DNA from: Candidatus Cloacimonadales bacterium
GTDB taxonomy: Bacteria; Cloacimonadota; Cloacimonadia; Cloacimonadales; JAIOQZ01
Direction: 5' to 3'
Length of the DNA: 64,000 bases
Assembly (NCBI GenBank): GCA_963674825.1
Contig: OY771587.1
Coordinates: forward strand, 3,296,001 to 3,360,000
Shown here one piece after another: positions 42,001-50,700 of the stretch (its first letter is position 1; each line of letters begins with the position of its first letter). Under the pieces are notes generated by a model. That model ran no database searches, was not told where the DNA came from, and saw only the letters and a list, made by a program, of their open reading frames with translations. The position numbers and the translations under genes were made by a program.

Positions 42001-45000
42001 GGCTGATAGTCGGAATTGAACTCCCATTCGAGATATACGTAGCCATTGTAGTTGTTGTTACCGTCGGACGCGGTCATATTCCACGGCGTCATCATTCCCT
42101 GGTATTCGTATGCTCCTATATCGATGCGGTTCGATACGCTCTGGGCGTGTTCGTAGATGCGCGGATTACCAATATAGTCGATATCGGGAAGATCGAGAAA
42201 TCCGCCGTCGATGAATCCTGCGTTGAGACAAGGTGATGTACTGGTAAGCTGGTATGGATTGACTCCGCTACCCACGAATTGCGGATCGTCGCTGATATTG
42301 CCGCTTCCTTCAGCGCCGCCCTCGACGCAGCAATAGCGAATGTCCATGTTGCCGGAGAGCGGTGAATCGCCGTTGTCCCAGATGATACAGCTTGCGATGT
42401 CCGGCTCGGCAGTACCCGATGTGCGAATCGCGTTTCCCACGGGCGCATCGCTGAATAAGATATCGAGATTGTACAGCCCCGGGTTGCCATCAATAATGTA
42501 GAATGCGCCGCCAGAAACGGTTGCTTTGCTGGAAAGAACAAGCCCGTTGAGGATGTTGGCATAGCTGTCGTGGATATATGCTGCACCTCCGATATCGGCG
42601 TTGCCGTTGAGCAGCATGCAATTCTTGATCGTAAGATTGTCGTAACCGTCGATGCAGAGGTTTCCGCCATGCGGCTTGAATGGGTTAACGTCGTTACCGT
42701 TCCAGATGTTGATGAATTCAGCGTAGCTGCTGTCTGCGGAATTGCCGAAGTAGATACCGCCCCAGCCAGCACCTTCAGTTGATTCGTTGAACGTGATTTT
42801 TTGATAAAGGGTTCCGTTTGCCTGCAATGCGCCATAGATTCCCAAGAGTGAATCAGAGGTGAATCGCAGTGTCGAATAAGGATTGACGGTCAGCGTGTAT
42901 CCCTCTGCAATTGCGATGGGGACGTTGATTGTAACCTGTCCGCTAAGCGTAATATCCTGCGGGATGAGTCCACGTCCAGTCTGCTCTTCGTAAGCGCCGA
43001 CATCGGTGGTGTTCAAGATGGTGTCGATGGTGGAATTGATGCTGGATGGGCTTGAAAGCACACGCGAATTCCCCAGGAAATCGGTGTCCAGAATACCGTC
43101 ATACATCTCGCCGCGGTTGATACAGGGCGATGTATCGGAGATTTGATAGGGCGTGCTTCCTGAGATGAAGTCGGGGTCGAGATCGAAGCAGTCGGTATAG
43201 GATCCATTGAAATCAGCAACCCCGTCGCCTTCGAATCCTTCGAATCCGCCTTCGATATCGCAGTGCCGGAAATCGGGATGCCAGGAGGATGCATCGAGAT
43301 AGACCTGATCGCCGCTGGGAGCTTCGTTGCCACGGATGATCGTGTTGACGATACTGCAATCGCAGACAATGTTGACATGCAGTCCACCGCCGCTGACAGT
43401 CGCTTCGTTATCGACGATGGTATTGTTCCAGAGGTGCTCAGACCGCTGATAGCACATGTACATTCCACCACCGTATTCCGCTTCGTTCTCGTAGATGATA
43501 TTATCCTGTACAATCGGAAAGAACCACGTGTCGCCCATGTTTTGGAAGCCAATGCCGCCACCATACTGCGCTTCATTGTGGCAGATTTCATTTCCGTGGA
43601 TGACGATATCCTGATAATCGACGCCATGCAGACCTATTCCACCGCCGCTCTCGGTCGCGAAGTTGTGCGCGATGTAATTGCTGCGGATCACGGGCATAAA
43701 CTGAGGATTGTGTTGTTCGCTGTTGTAGGTGAAGCTGGCGATACCACCGCCGAGTCCGTTGGAGAAATTGTTAACGATACGGCAGTTTTCGACATGGCAG
43801 TACGATTCCCCGAAACAGATCGCGCCGCCCTGGGTGATGACTTGGTTGAAGTCTTGGTCGTAAAGAGCTTTATTGTAACTGAAGACACTGCCGGTGACCA
43901 TGCATTCAGAGAGATCGTTGATCCACAGAGCGCCACCTTTTTTGTAGGCGTAGTTATAGCTGAATCGCGAGTTGGAAATCCGCCAGCCGCCGTTGCTGTT
44001 GATGAACATCGCGCCACCGCAGAATCGTTCATTGTCGTCGTCGCCGAGTTGTGCCACCGCTTTGCCGTGATCCAGGATGCAGTGATCGAAGATAGTCGAA
44101 TCCTGACTGGAAGCGATATTGAGCGTGATACCCGCCCAGCTTCCGTCCGGCGCAATCGGGTAGGTACCTGATATGTTGTGGAATCCTGTCGTATCCGCAA
44201 TTGTGAAGCGGATGGAGTCTGCTTCGGTTCCGAGCGCCTGCAGCGCGCCTTGAACCAGAATACCATAATGATCCTGGAAGATTACCGTGGTTCCCGGTAG
44301 CAGGGACATCGTCTCGCCGGCGGGAATAGTGAGATCGTCCCAAACGGTTACATTAGTCGAGGTAATCTCCTGTTCTTCATCGTATATTCCCCCGAGGTAG
44401 AATCCTCCGATGGGGCAGGTCGATTCCAGGTCGGGTGTTTCGCTGGAAACCTGTATGCAGACAGCGTTGAAGGGTCCCGCCAAATTATAGACAGGACGAT
44501 GGATAACTTCGTTAAAGGTGTAGTTCGCTACCAGGTCTGTTTCCGGGTCGGTCAGCGAGATGTGTCGGTTGTTCCAGATTTCGGATGCCGATCGGGCTGT
44601 TTTCCATATCCGTACTTCGTCGATATAGCCTTCGAAAATCTGTGAGGATCCGGCTTTGGAACCAATTGAGCCAAGCGGACTGCCATCAGGATCTTTGATC
44701 GTAGTGCCCTGAGCCTGGGTGCTGTTGCTCATGTTGACGCCATTGATATAAAGGGAACTGGTTCCGCCGGTATCCACGACCAGCGCCACGTGGTACCACC
44801 GCCCGGGATTGAGCCCGTCCCAGGATAACGACATCGTTTCGGCAGATCCGCTGCGATCCAGTGTCGCTTGCCCATACACGGTTGTATTGTTGGTATAAAT
44901 CTCGAATTCCCCATGATCGCCGTGATAAAGAATCGTGCGGTTGGATGAGTCTAACTCGGAGAGATTAAACCAAGCCTCAGCAGTGATTGCATTGGGTGGG

Positions 45001-45794
45001 GTTGTCCATAGTGGATTGAATATCACGCGCTGACAATCGTCTCCGTATTGCAGCATTCTGTCGTTCAATGTCCAAACATAGGAAACATTTGAGTCGTCCC
45101 ACCAGCCGCCTTCATGTAGCGTTCCGTTATTGTTGCCCGTCTCGTCATGGATTGTCGTGGATTCGTCGTCCATCTTGTAGTAAGCGACGAGGCCAGGTTC
45201 GCTACCCGCAAGGTGGTTGTATTTATTCGCGGTCAATTGCTCCGGGGTTCGGGCTATATTCCACAGTCGTATCTCATCGAGATATCCGTTGAAGAATCTT
45301 CCCGGCATCTGGTAGTTATTGCCGATATACACAGGATAGTTATTCGTAGCAGTACCCGAAACCGTCGTTGTGCTGTGAAGAACACCATCGATATACATAC
45401 TGAGCAGGATTCCGTTTTTAACAATTTCGATGTGATGCCAGAAACCACCGAAATAACCGGCATTGGTGAAATCGCATTTCGATGGGTCAGAGGTTACGCT
45501 GGCGCTTCCGTACGTGAAGCGAATTTGATCCGTTTCGTCATAGCGATGCAGTCTCCAGCTATTGTCTCCCTTGGCGATGATCGTCTGCCACGGCATATCG
45601 AATCCGCTGATAATCACCCATAATTCCAGTGTCATGTTAGTGGTGAAATCGAAATTGGATTCATTGGGCAATACGATGTAACCACCGGAATTATTGAAAT
45701 GATAGCACTTATCAAAATAGGACTCCATCTGTCCATGAAGTGATAAGGATAAACTCATCAATACCAGGACGAAAAGAAATGTAGTTTTGCGCAT
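36078..45794 (-). CDS. Giant secreted multidomain protein (3238 aa): 3x LamG, right-handed beta-helix, FN3/Ig-like domains, LHDPPG Ser/Thr-rich region
   Basis: Signal peptide; LDEIRLWN, IDEVRIWK and IDELRFFN LamG motifs; repeated N.A..GGG beta-helix motifs ending SPCIN.G...DIGAYE; duplicated C-terminal modules; AAGGAGAGG RBS. Confidence 0.85.
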   Translation of the reverse strand: MRKTTFLFVLVLMSLSLSLHGQMESYFDKCYHFNNSGGYIVLPNESNFDFTTNMTLELWVIISGFDMPWQTIIAKGDNSWRLHRYDETDQIRFTYGSASVTSDPSKCDFTNAGYFGGFWHHIEIVKNGILLSMYIDGVLHSTTTVSGTATNNYPVYIGNNYQMPGRFFNGYLDEIRLWNIARTPEQLTANKYNHLAGSEPGLVAYYKMDDESTTIHDETGNNNGTLHEGGWWDDSNVSYVWTLNDRMLQYGDDCQRVIFNPLWTTPPNAITAEAWFNLSELDSSNRTILYHGDHGEFEIYTNNTTVYGQATLDRSGSAETMSLSWDGLNPGRWYHVALVVDTGGTSSLYINGVNMSNSTQAQGTTIKDPDGSPLGSIGSKAGSSQIFEGYIDEVRIWKTARSASEIWNNRHISLTDPETDLVANYTFNEVIHRPVYNLAGPFNAVCIQVSSETPDLESTCPIGGFYLGGIYDEEQEITSTNVTVWDDLTIPAGETMSLLPGTTVIFQDHYGILVQGALQALGTEADSIRFTIADTTGFHNISGTYPIAPDGSWAGITLNIASSQDSTIFDHCILDHGKAVAQLGDDDNERFCGGAMFINSNGGWRISNSRFSYNYAYKKGGALWINDLSECMVTGSVFSYNKALYDQDFNQVITQGGAICFGESYCHVENCRIVNNFSNGLGGGIASFTYNSEQHNPQFMPVIRSNYIAHNFATESGGGIGLHGVDYQDIVIHGNEICHNEAQYGGGIGFQNMGDTWFFPIVQDNIIYENEAEYGGGMYMCYQRSEHLWNNTIVDNEATVSGGGLHVNIVCDCSIVNTIIRGNEAPSGDQVYLDASSWHPDFRHCDIEGGFEGFEGDGVADFNGSYTDCFDLDPDFISGSTPYQISDTSPCINRGEMYDGILDTDFLGNSRVLSSPSSINSTIDTILNTTDVGAYEEQTGRGLIPQDITLSGQVTINVPIAIAEGYTLTVNPYSTLRFTSDSLLGIYGALQANGTLYQKITFNESTEGAGWGGIYFGNSADSSYAEFINIWNGNDVNPFKPHGGNLCIDGYDNLTIKNCMLLNGNADIGGAAYIHDSYANILNGLVLSSKATVSGGAFYIIDGNPGLYNLDILFSDAPVGNAIRTSGTAEPDIASCIIWDNGDSPLSGNMDIRYCCVEGGAEGSGNISDDPQFVGSGVNPYQLTSTSPCLNAGFIDGGFLDLPDIDYIGNPRIYEHAQSVSNRIDIGAYEYQGMMTPWNMTASDGNNNYNGYVYLEWEFNSDYQPLTGFRVYRNNVQLQSITSDARSYADYTANPGTFYEYSIVAYAGTESSSSDSDYGYMKPNGIITGNICTPNDNPVSEVIVSVSPAQGKCLEMNGELSIDDPELDTSQDFTWEIWVKLSTANFSIMYQDIGLVVTAEISDYLRFVQVDSTMNVTTLLEQPDTTSSIVDDQWHHLAVVYDASQPLLTLYIDAEEIVSETVTITPFLENDLYVGADGSIDELRFFNIARTQTKIDLQRNLILPWSETGLIGYWPMNEGAGNHVFDGTNYSHVGTFTTGTWSDDEPGIVPGAVTDVWGDYAISQLSYGSATTFTVTPSKAGHNFQPEQRLVTLSNSNISQNGVDFTDNSMISVSGIVRYIDTQVPVEGASILLNGSATIPPTLVDEDGEFTMDLEHGTEAILSVSFEEHEFDRVWDLGAVTYPRTGINFWDTEKVSFALRIVGGNDGYPIGSFDVLLREMGDRYTQVEDNLPWGGGIVAITNVPPLNYNLTATADPEDDPFGLGVLPSFQDISTVNVDLRYTETAPDTVSIVWHNDLTVEAVWPTSLDIKYMDDDQYQEFGFYVLPQNEWCSVNVRAFEDYRAAGSPAFVTYITDCDIQITDEVGTQGETEDNFDGNNYYTYTFAPYLPNIITNGDRKHQNMLEFTVHDTNLDRYATQTDWVLTEGTRPMESTFSTTSPELPFLVLHDPPGDCSYSSFSQTSSTSVSMSVSAEMTIANNQHQTMHMGPDFSFDTGLFYSIETEIDATIDIGQSVTAELGMGCDTETQYTFSTTEEYNTSPDNQLIGLESDLFVGGAVNLVWGITKEVAWIDSTNSVNLTQGVMVSPNGFDTIYMYTESQIRLSVIPNLIAIGDTTSAALWQSYLDMNEDNIENAVANPNHPANVSFNAGAGYTYEETCASTEANTFYFTTTVSEEFGMDFGLTVNGMGETGGWSFETGVTIGHSTATENEMSTTSTFVLADDDETSSLNYLSDYFTVDIKTDPVYGTPVFETIAGASSNRWEPNTLPRDGVNLTANTYAQSGLEDGDQAVFLLSLQNTSQSEEYRRYYLTMHHDSNPGGATVKINGVPLEEQMAFDIPPSSAVQAVMTVERGPYEFDYEDLALEFYAPGDRGNDGPDGHYFYVYKYFDVHWEPPYSRVEIQFPNDDWIINQANNDTLNVILTGYDIEKPYLESLLLQYKKTCNRDWITAAVIPDSVLAEYPFYIQIPWDVSLLSDGAYEIRAGATDYVQTENYYCPPVQGFIDRISPTSFTAPEPSDGILSLGDQILLSLTEAIDPVGIDPDDISLTILDNYMPLNCDFSVFNNEIVLTPASDMLWWMENHLVQASVEGITDLYGNPLEEALTWEFFVNANPVGWSQTKVEAIKPLGEEMEIDMMLINSGGQTSSFVIEDLPEWLTVDVENGQLYPLDSQSLTFTVNEQLGYGTFCDTLYADIPGLGREPLVFDISVLANPPSWVATPLSNFEYSMTITGQLNIDDTISTDTNDIVGAFVLDQDGSYQCRGFASIHHVPFVDDEYQFFLTVHSDEEYGDTLYFRTWDSSENKEHFGINQTYVFLSGAVYGTSLSPVVLDVCPELFTTIECHGGWTWFSINLVNQGSMLLDNILSSLGPVQNDLIKSQTEYAQYVEGTGWVGSLSSIETTQMFKIKLAEQSDLQCNGLLDDPQTTAITYGSGWNWIGYLPHLSISVNEALADMPSLVSGDLIKNQTGYSQYIEGYGWYGSLLFMNPGEGYMLKTAGSGSFFYPDYTIPREQPALEQHDQNLVKSPRDLPGWDFDPLDYEYSSNITAVVQIDDELQNSENFILGAFCGDECRGVASLVQVMDQWTFFLTQYANTIGETIQYRIYDPDLDVVYTADESIVFISNQVLGNPIEPYMFHVESIGLLPPQNVRLQRSGDDVVIMWDAVDGAISYHVFQAESPDGPWIDVSANGVFTPIRTGGVCWTIELPEVGLGFFHVTSDTEPYTRTRTIRPTADNTSVRKE

Positions 45795-45833
45795 AATCCT
45801 CTCCTTGCAACGTACTTTTTCTGTTTTATAATA

Positions 45834-45849
45834 TGCAGGGGTTGTGCCA
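45834..45849 (-). promoter_or_regulatory. sigma54 (-24/-12) promoter of the 3238-aa gene
   Basis: TGGCACAACCCCTGCA has GG-N10-GC spacing and lies 39 nt upstream of the ATG. Confidence 0.75.
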
Positions 45850-45912
45850 TATTCCGTGCGCGCTGTATCGCTTTAATAGCGCGATTTGATGAGCCTGATT
45901 CAAGGTTTTGGG

Positions 45913-45947
45913 TGAACGTTTTCGTTCGAATTGGGCGATATCGTTCA
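45913..45947. promoter_or_regulatory. Putative tandem upstream activator sites (GAACG-N4-CGTTC)
   Basis: TGAACGTTTTCGTTCG plus degenerate TGGGCGATATCGTTCA; the same palindrome recurs at 49230-49245. Confidence 0.55.
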
Positions 45948-46004
45948 GCGCTATATTGAAAAATATTGACGCATTCGTTCGCTGTATGTTCTCATGGAAT
46001 CAAT

Positions 46005-47852
46005 ATGAATCAGTCACCAGATGAAGCACAAACACATGCACGCGATTTAATCGCACAGGCTTATCGGCTTATGAACAGCGATCCGCCAGGGTGCATCCGC
46101 CTTTCGGAAGAAGCGCTGAATGTGTCCCATGAAATCGGTTTCGCGGTTGGCGAGGGCATGGCACTGATGCACATCGGGTTGGGGTATTTCCATCAGAGTA
46201 ATTTTCAGGAAGCGCAGAAGTACTACCTTGAGGCGGAGCCTATATTGCGGCGCGAAGAATACTGGTATGGTCTGCGGTGTGTCTACAATAATTTGGGTGT
46301 TACCTATCGACAATGGGGCGATCATCAGAGAGCGCTTGAGTATTATAAGCAAAATCTTGATCTCGAAGACCGTTTTCCAATTCCCAAACTGCAATGCACA
46401 ATTTTGTATAATCTCAGCACAATCTATCTTGATCTGGAAGATGAGGAAATCGCCAGAGAATATCTGATGGAAGCCCTGAAGCTTGCTGAAGAACATGGGA
46501 TTGTCTCATCATTGGCGCTGGGATATAAAAGTTTGGGACAATACTACCGACGAATTGGTGATTTTCATGGTGCTCACGAGTGTTTCGAGAAATCCAGAGC
46601 AGCTTACGAACAGACTGGGGACAAATCCGGTCTGTCTCATCTCTGTCAGGCGATCGCCTATCTCTATTATGACGAGGATCGTCTGGATGATTCACTCGAA
46701 GTCCTGGAGGAGGGCATGCGCCTGGCTCTTGAGATAGGTGAAAAACAGCAACAGGCCTCGCATCATTTCACGTTTGCCCGTACCTATTACGTTACCAGAG
46801 ATCTAAAGAAGCTGATAGAGCATCTCGATGAGTGTATCCGAATCTCGGAGGAGGGTATTTACCGGACATACCTTATCAATGCGCTGGAATTGAAAATCAA
46901 GGTATGCGAAGACGAGAATGACTATAAAGCGGCTCTCGAATTGACCCGCAAGCGCCAAGCTCATCTGGATTACCTGAATGAAGAGAAACGAAACCGTGCG
47001 ATCGAGGAAATCAAGACCCGGCTACAGGTTCAGAGACGGGAGCACGAAGCCGAAGTTCTTCGATTAAAGACCATCGACCTGACGCAGCGTGTGGAAGAAG
47101 AGGTGAAAAAACGTGAGATCCAGCAGCATCTGCTCATCCAGAAATCGAAAATGGAATCGCTGGGGCGTCTGGCAGCCGGTATCGCCCATGAAATTAATCA
47201 ACCGCTTGGAATGCTGAATATCGGACTTCAGAACCTGTACAACAAACTGAATAACGAAAAAGTGACCCCCGACTATCTGGATAAAAAGCAAAACCTGATG
47301 AACGAACACATCGAGCGGATCAAGAAGATTATCGAGCATATCAGGTTATTCTCGCGCGAGCAACAGTCCAGCGCAATCCGGTTGCTGGATGTACGGGAAG
47401 TGCTCAACAACACCCTCTCGATGATGCTGGTTCAATGCGGCGAGCACAATATCCGGCTGAACGTAAAGACCGGAGATGAGCCGGCGTTGGTTCTGGGCAA
47501 TCCATACCGGCTGGAGCAGGTGCTCCTGAATCTGATTGCGAACGCCAAGGACGCGCTGGATGAGAAATTCGACCGGTTTGACGACGCGAAGCTCATCACG
47601 ATAACATGCCGGAAAGATGGAACTCGAATCCGGTTGAAAGTGACGGATAACGGACCCGGTATCGAAGAAGAGTATCTTCAGTCCGTTTTCGAGCCGTTCT
47701 TTACTACGAAAGACGAAATGAAGGGCACTGGACTGGGTCTTTCGATCTGTTACGGCATCATACAGGAAATGGGCGGGACGATAACCTGCGAAAGTACTCA
47801 GGGTGAATCCACCACTTTCGATATCGAGCTTCCGGCATTGGAGAATTCATGA
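46005..47852 (+). CDS. Cytoplasmic TPR-repeat sensor histidine kinase (NtrB-like transmitter)
   Basis: TPR repeats (YNNLGVTY); GIAHEINQPL H box, QVLLNLIANA, DNGPG, FEPFFTTK, GTGLGL; no TM segment seen. Confidence 0.92.
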   Translation: MNQSPDEAQTHARDLIAQAYRLMNSDPPGCIRLSEEALNVSHEIGFAVGEGMALMHIGLGYFHQSNFQEAQKYYLEAEPILRREEYWYGLRCVYNNLGVTYRQWGDHQRALEYYKQNLDLEDRFPIPKLQCTILYNLSTIYLDLEDEEIAREYLMEALKLAEEHGIVSSLALGYKSLGQYYRRIGDFHGAHECFEKSRAAYEQTGDKSGLSHLCQAIAYLYYDEDRLDDSLEVLEEGMRLALEIGEKQQQASHHFTFARTYYVTRDLKKLIEHLDECIRISEEGIYRTYLINALELKIKVCEDENDYKAALELTRKRQAHLDYLNEEKRNRAIEEIKTRLQVQRREHEAEVLRLKTIDLTQRVEEEVKKREIQQHLLIQKSKMESLGRLAAGIAHEINQPLGMLNIGLQNLYNKLNNEKVTPDYLDKKQNLMNEHIERIKKIIEHIRLFSREQQSSAIRLLDVREVLNNTLSMMLVQCGEHNIRLNVKTGDEPALVLGNPYRLEQVLLNLIANAKDALDEKFDRFDDAKLITITCRKDGTRIRLKVTDNGPGIEEEYLQSVFEPFFTTKDEMKGTGLGLSICYGIIQEMGGTITCESTQGESTTFDIELPALENS

Positions 47853-49228
47853 AACAACTCAATATTCTCATCGTCGATGACGAACAGGGTTATCTGGATG
47901 AGATCAGTGAATATCTAACCGATTGCGACTTCAGTACATTCACGGCCGGAACACCAAAGGAAGCTCTCGCGATCGTCAAACAACAGCAGGTCGATATTGC
48001 AATCGTCGATTTGAAGCTGCCGCAGATGAATGGGATCGAATTAATGCGGCAAATACTTGGCATCGATGACTCGATCGCGATCATCATGATAAGCGGTCAC
48101 GGCGATATCGACAGTGTCATCGAAGCGATGCGCGCCGGAGCTACAGATTTCTTCCCGAAACCTTTCAACCTGACAGATATCAGGATTTCCATCGAGCGCA
48201 CCCGCAAATATGTGGATTTATCGCATAAACTCAATACTGCTCAAAACACGGTGGATGTTCTCAAATGTACACTGGAGAAGGAGGGACGGCATCCTATCGT
48301 AGCACAAAGCGATGCGATGAAGACCATCGTGCAGCAGATGCGACAGGTAGCGAACCAGCCTTACTTCGACGTGCTGATCACCGGTGAGAGTGGTACTGGA
48401 AAAGAACTCGTCGCAAGAGGAATCCATCATTTGGACGAGACGACGAACGGAGTGTTTTACGATATCAATTGCACCGCGATCCCTGAAACGCTGTTCGAAA
48501 GCGAATTCTTCGGCCATGAAAAGAACGCGTTCACGGGTGCGCAAACCACGAGAAAGGGTTGCTTCGAACTTGCCAACGGTGGTACGCTCTTTCTGGATGA
48601 AATCGGAGATATGCCGTTGTCCATGCAGGTCAAGCTACTCAGAGCATTGGAAGAACGACGTATTCGTAGGATCGGCGCACCGCGGGACATCCAATTGAAC
48701 CTGCGGGTAATCGCATCGACGAATCGAGACCTTCGCAGCCTTATACAGCAGGGGATATTCCGGCAGGACCTGTACTTCAGATTGAATCGCTTTGGTTTGC
48801 ATATTCCACCGTTGCGTCACAGAACGGATGATATACCGCCTCTTATGGATTTCTTCGGCATGAACACCGCCAGGGATATGAAACGCGATGCCTTGCCCAT
48901 TGCGAAATCGGTACGGAACCGACTCGTTAAATATCCCTTCCCGGGCAATATTCGCGAACTGAGAAACATGATCGAAAAGGCAAATATTCTTGCGGGAGCG
49001 GATGCCGCAGAACTGGATGAAAAATGCTTCCCCGATCTGTTTCAATTCGACCCTCTGTATAGCCCGGTATACGACGGCTTGAACCTCCAACGACTGGAGG
49101 AGATTGAAGCACAGATGATCCGGAAAGCCCTCGAGCAAGCTGTGGGAAACAAGACTCGGGCTGCGGAACTGCTCGGAATCACCCGAACCAGTCTCAACCG
49201 ACGAATCGCGAAATACACCTTAGAATAA
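47849..49228 (+). CDS. NtrC-family sigma54 response regulator
   Basis: Receiver domain (IVDDE, VDLKLP); GESGTGKE, NAFTGA, LDEIG, FRQDLYFRL, FPGNIREL; HTH; ATGA overlap with the kinase. Confidence 0.95.
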   Translation: MKQLNILIVDDEQGYLDEISEYLTDCDFSTFTAGTPKEALAIVKQQQVDIAIVDLKLPQMNGIELMRQILGIDDSIAIIMISGHGDIDSVIEAMRAGATDFFPKPFNLTDIRISIERTRKYVDLSHKLNTAQNTVDVLKCTLEKEGRHPIVAQSDAMKTIVQQMRQVANQPYFDVLITGESGTGKELVARGIHHLDETTNGVFYDINCTAIPETLFESEFFGHEKNAFTGAQTTRKGCFELANGGTLFLDEIGDMPLSMQVKLLRALEERRIRRIGAPRDIQLNLRVIASTNRDLRSLIQQGIFRQDLYFRLNRFGLHIPPLRHRTDDIPPLMDFFGMNTARDMKRDALPIAKSVRNRLVKYPFPGNIRELRNMIEKANILAGADAAELDEKCFPDLFQFDPLYSPVYDGLNLQRLEEIEAQMIRKALEQAVGNKTRAAELLGITRTSLNRRIAKYTLE

Positions 49229-49285
49229 ACGAACGCTTTCGTTCACTTTCTGTCTCGATCATACCACGGGCATCCTTTCTAATCT

Positions 49286-50320
49286 GGCTTAATGGACAAA
49301 ATGGTTGCTATTTCGCCAGAATTTCATCGATCATTTTACGTTTTCTCCATGGTTTAATGCCCGGATGATTTCTCAGCTTTCTTTTCAGCATTGAGAATGT
49401 CCCTTCCAGAGAATTCGTGGTGTTAGGGATGCCTCGATCTGGGTAATCCTGATAAATGAATAGGAAAGGGAGATTCGTTTTTAAGCTTCTGATTGCGCTA
49501 CGTAATCTCCGATGAGTATAGTGCCATTTTCCAGTTTCCAGATTGAAGGTTTTCTCTCGTAGGAAAGATTTCCATTGCTGTTCCCACATCGAAAGCATAG
49601 CTTCAAATTCATGACGAGTAGAATGAGATAAATGCCCTACAATTTCCTTCAATTCTTTACCTGCTTCAAGCTTTGGATTGCGAGTTAGATATCGAGTAAT
49701 GATCTGTACCTGATGGAATTGACACATTTGTACAGGGATATCGCTAAAGGCATGAAAAAGCCCTCGTTTCCCATCACAAGCGATTCCCAGGATTTCCCAT
49801 GATCTACTCTGCAACCACCGAATGCCTTCAATATAGTCCTTCAATGACTCATGTTTCACATAAACCCAGAGCAGATTTTTCCGACTCAGCTCATCGCGAA
49901 AAACCATGACACCAAAGCCGCGTCCAAAATAACTGGTGTCCATAACGATCACGCATTTACCTTTCTCATGTAGTTGGATATCGACGGTGACTTTATCGAG
50001 TTTGCGTCGAATAGTTCGAGTTGATATCCCATATCGATCACCGAGGTTTTCGAGTGTCTGATTGCCATGAACATGATCATTCCACAAGTGGATAATCAGA
50101 TCATTCTCAGAACGCTTGGTATTCGCAAATACACTGTGACAATCATGGCAAAGGTATCGCTGAGCTCGACATCTTTTACCGTTTTTTTCGTCCTATACGA
50201 GCCACATTTGGGGCAGCGTTTTCGAGTCATTTCTGTGCTCCTACATAAAAACTTGGATTTAAATGACTCGATATAAATGAGATAGATATGATTTCAGCAA
50301 CCTTTTTTGTCTATTAGACC
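49286..50320 (-). mobile_element. Complete IS256-like insertion sequence (1035 bp) with 8-bp target-site duplication TCTAATCT
   Basis: Imperfect terminal inverted repeats GGCTTAATGGACAAAATGGTTGCT / GGTCTAATAGACAAAAAAGGTTGCT; TCTAATCT at 49278-49285 and 50321-50328; transposase inside. Confidence 0.9.
49308..50230 (-). CDS. IS256-like (Zn-ribbon variant) DDE transposase, frameshifted near the 5' end
   Basis: MDTSYFG, CDGKRG, QMCQFHQ, PNTTNSLEG; N-terminal MTRKRCPKCGSYRTKK joins NGKRCRAQRYLCHDC only through a -1 shift in an A7 run (50182-50188). Confidence 0.85.
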
Positions 50321-50350
50321 TCTAATCTCAATTTTTCGATCTAATCTCAC

Positions 50351-50366
50351 TGGCACTTGGTTTGCA
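50351..50366 (+). promoter_or_regulatory. sigma54 promoter (consensus match)
   Basis: TGGCACTTGGTTTGCA matches TGGCAC-N5-TTGCA. Confidence 0.8.
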
Positions 50367-50388
50367 TGTATCCGATCATGAGGTAATC

Positions 50389-50700
50389 ATGATCTTGATG
50401 TATCATACACATACAGAAAATGCGCAGGAGATCGCCGAATTGATTCAAGACAGCGATCAGGAGATCCAAATTGTGAATGACATCTGTACGTTGGTTTCAA
50501 GGCTTAAAACAAGCTCGGTCAGCAAACTGTACTTTCAGGTAAGAGGTCTTTCGGATTTCCGTACGCTGGATATGCTGCTGTCCATTTCACCTGATCTTGA
50601 TATTTCGCTTCTGGTTAAACCAGAAATGGAGAAGCTGCTGACACTTATGCAAACAATTTCGTTTGAAATTCTTCCAACCGAAGATGTTCTGGTGAAATAG
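50389..50700 (+). CDS. Small hypothetical alpha/beta protein (103 aa), possibly a degenerate receiver-like fold
   Basis: GAGGT RBS before ATG 50389; directly downstream of a consensus sigma54 promoter; no signal peptide. Confidence 0.6.
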   Translation: MILMYHTHTENAQEIAELIQDSDQEIQIVNDICTLVSRLKTSSVSKLYFQVRGLSDFRTLDMLLSISPDLDISLLVKPEMEKLLTLMQTISFEILPTEDVLVK

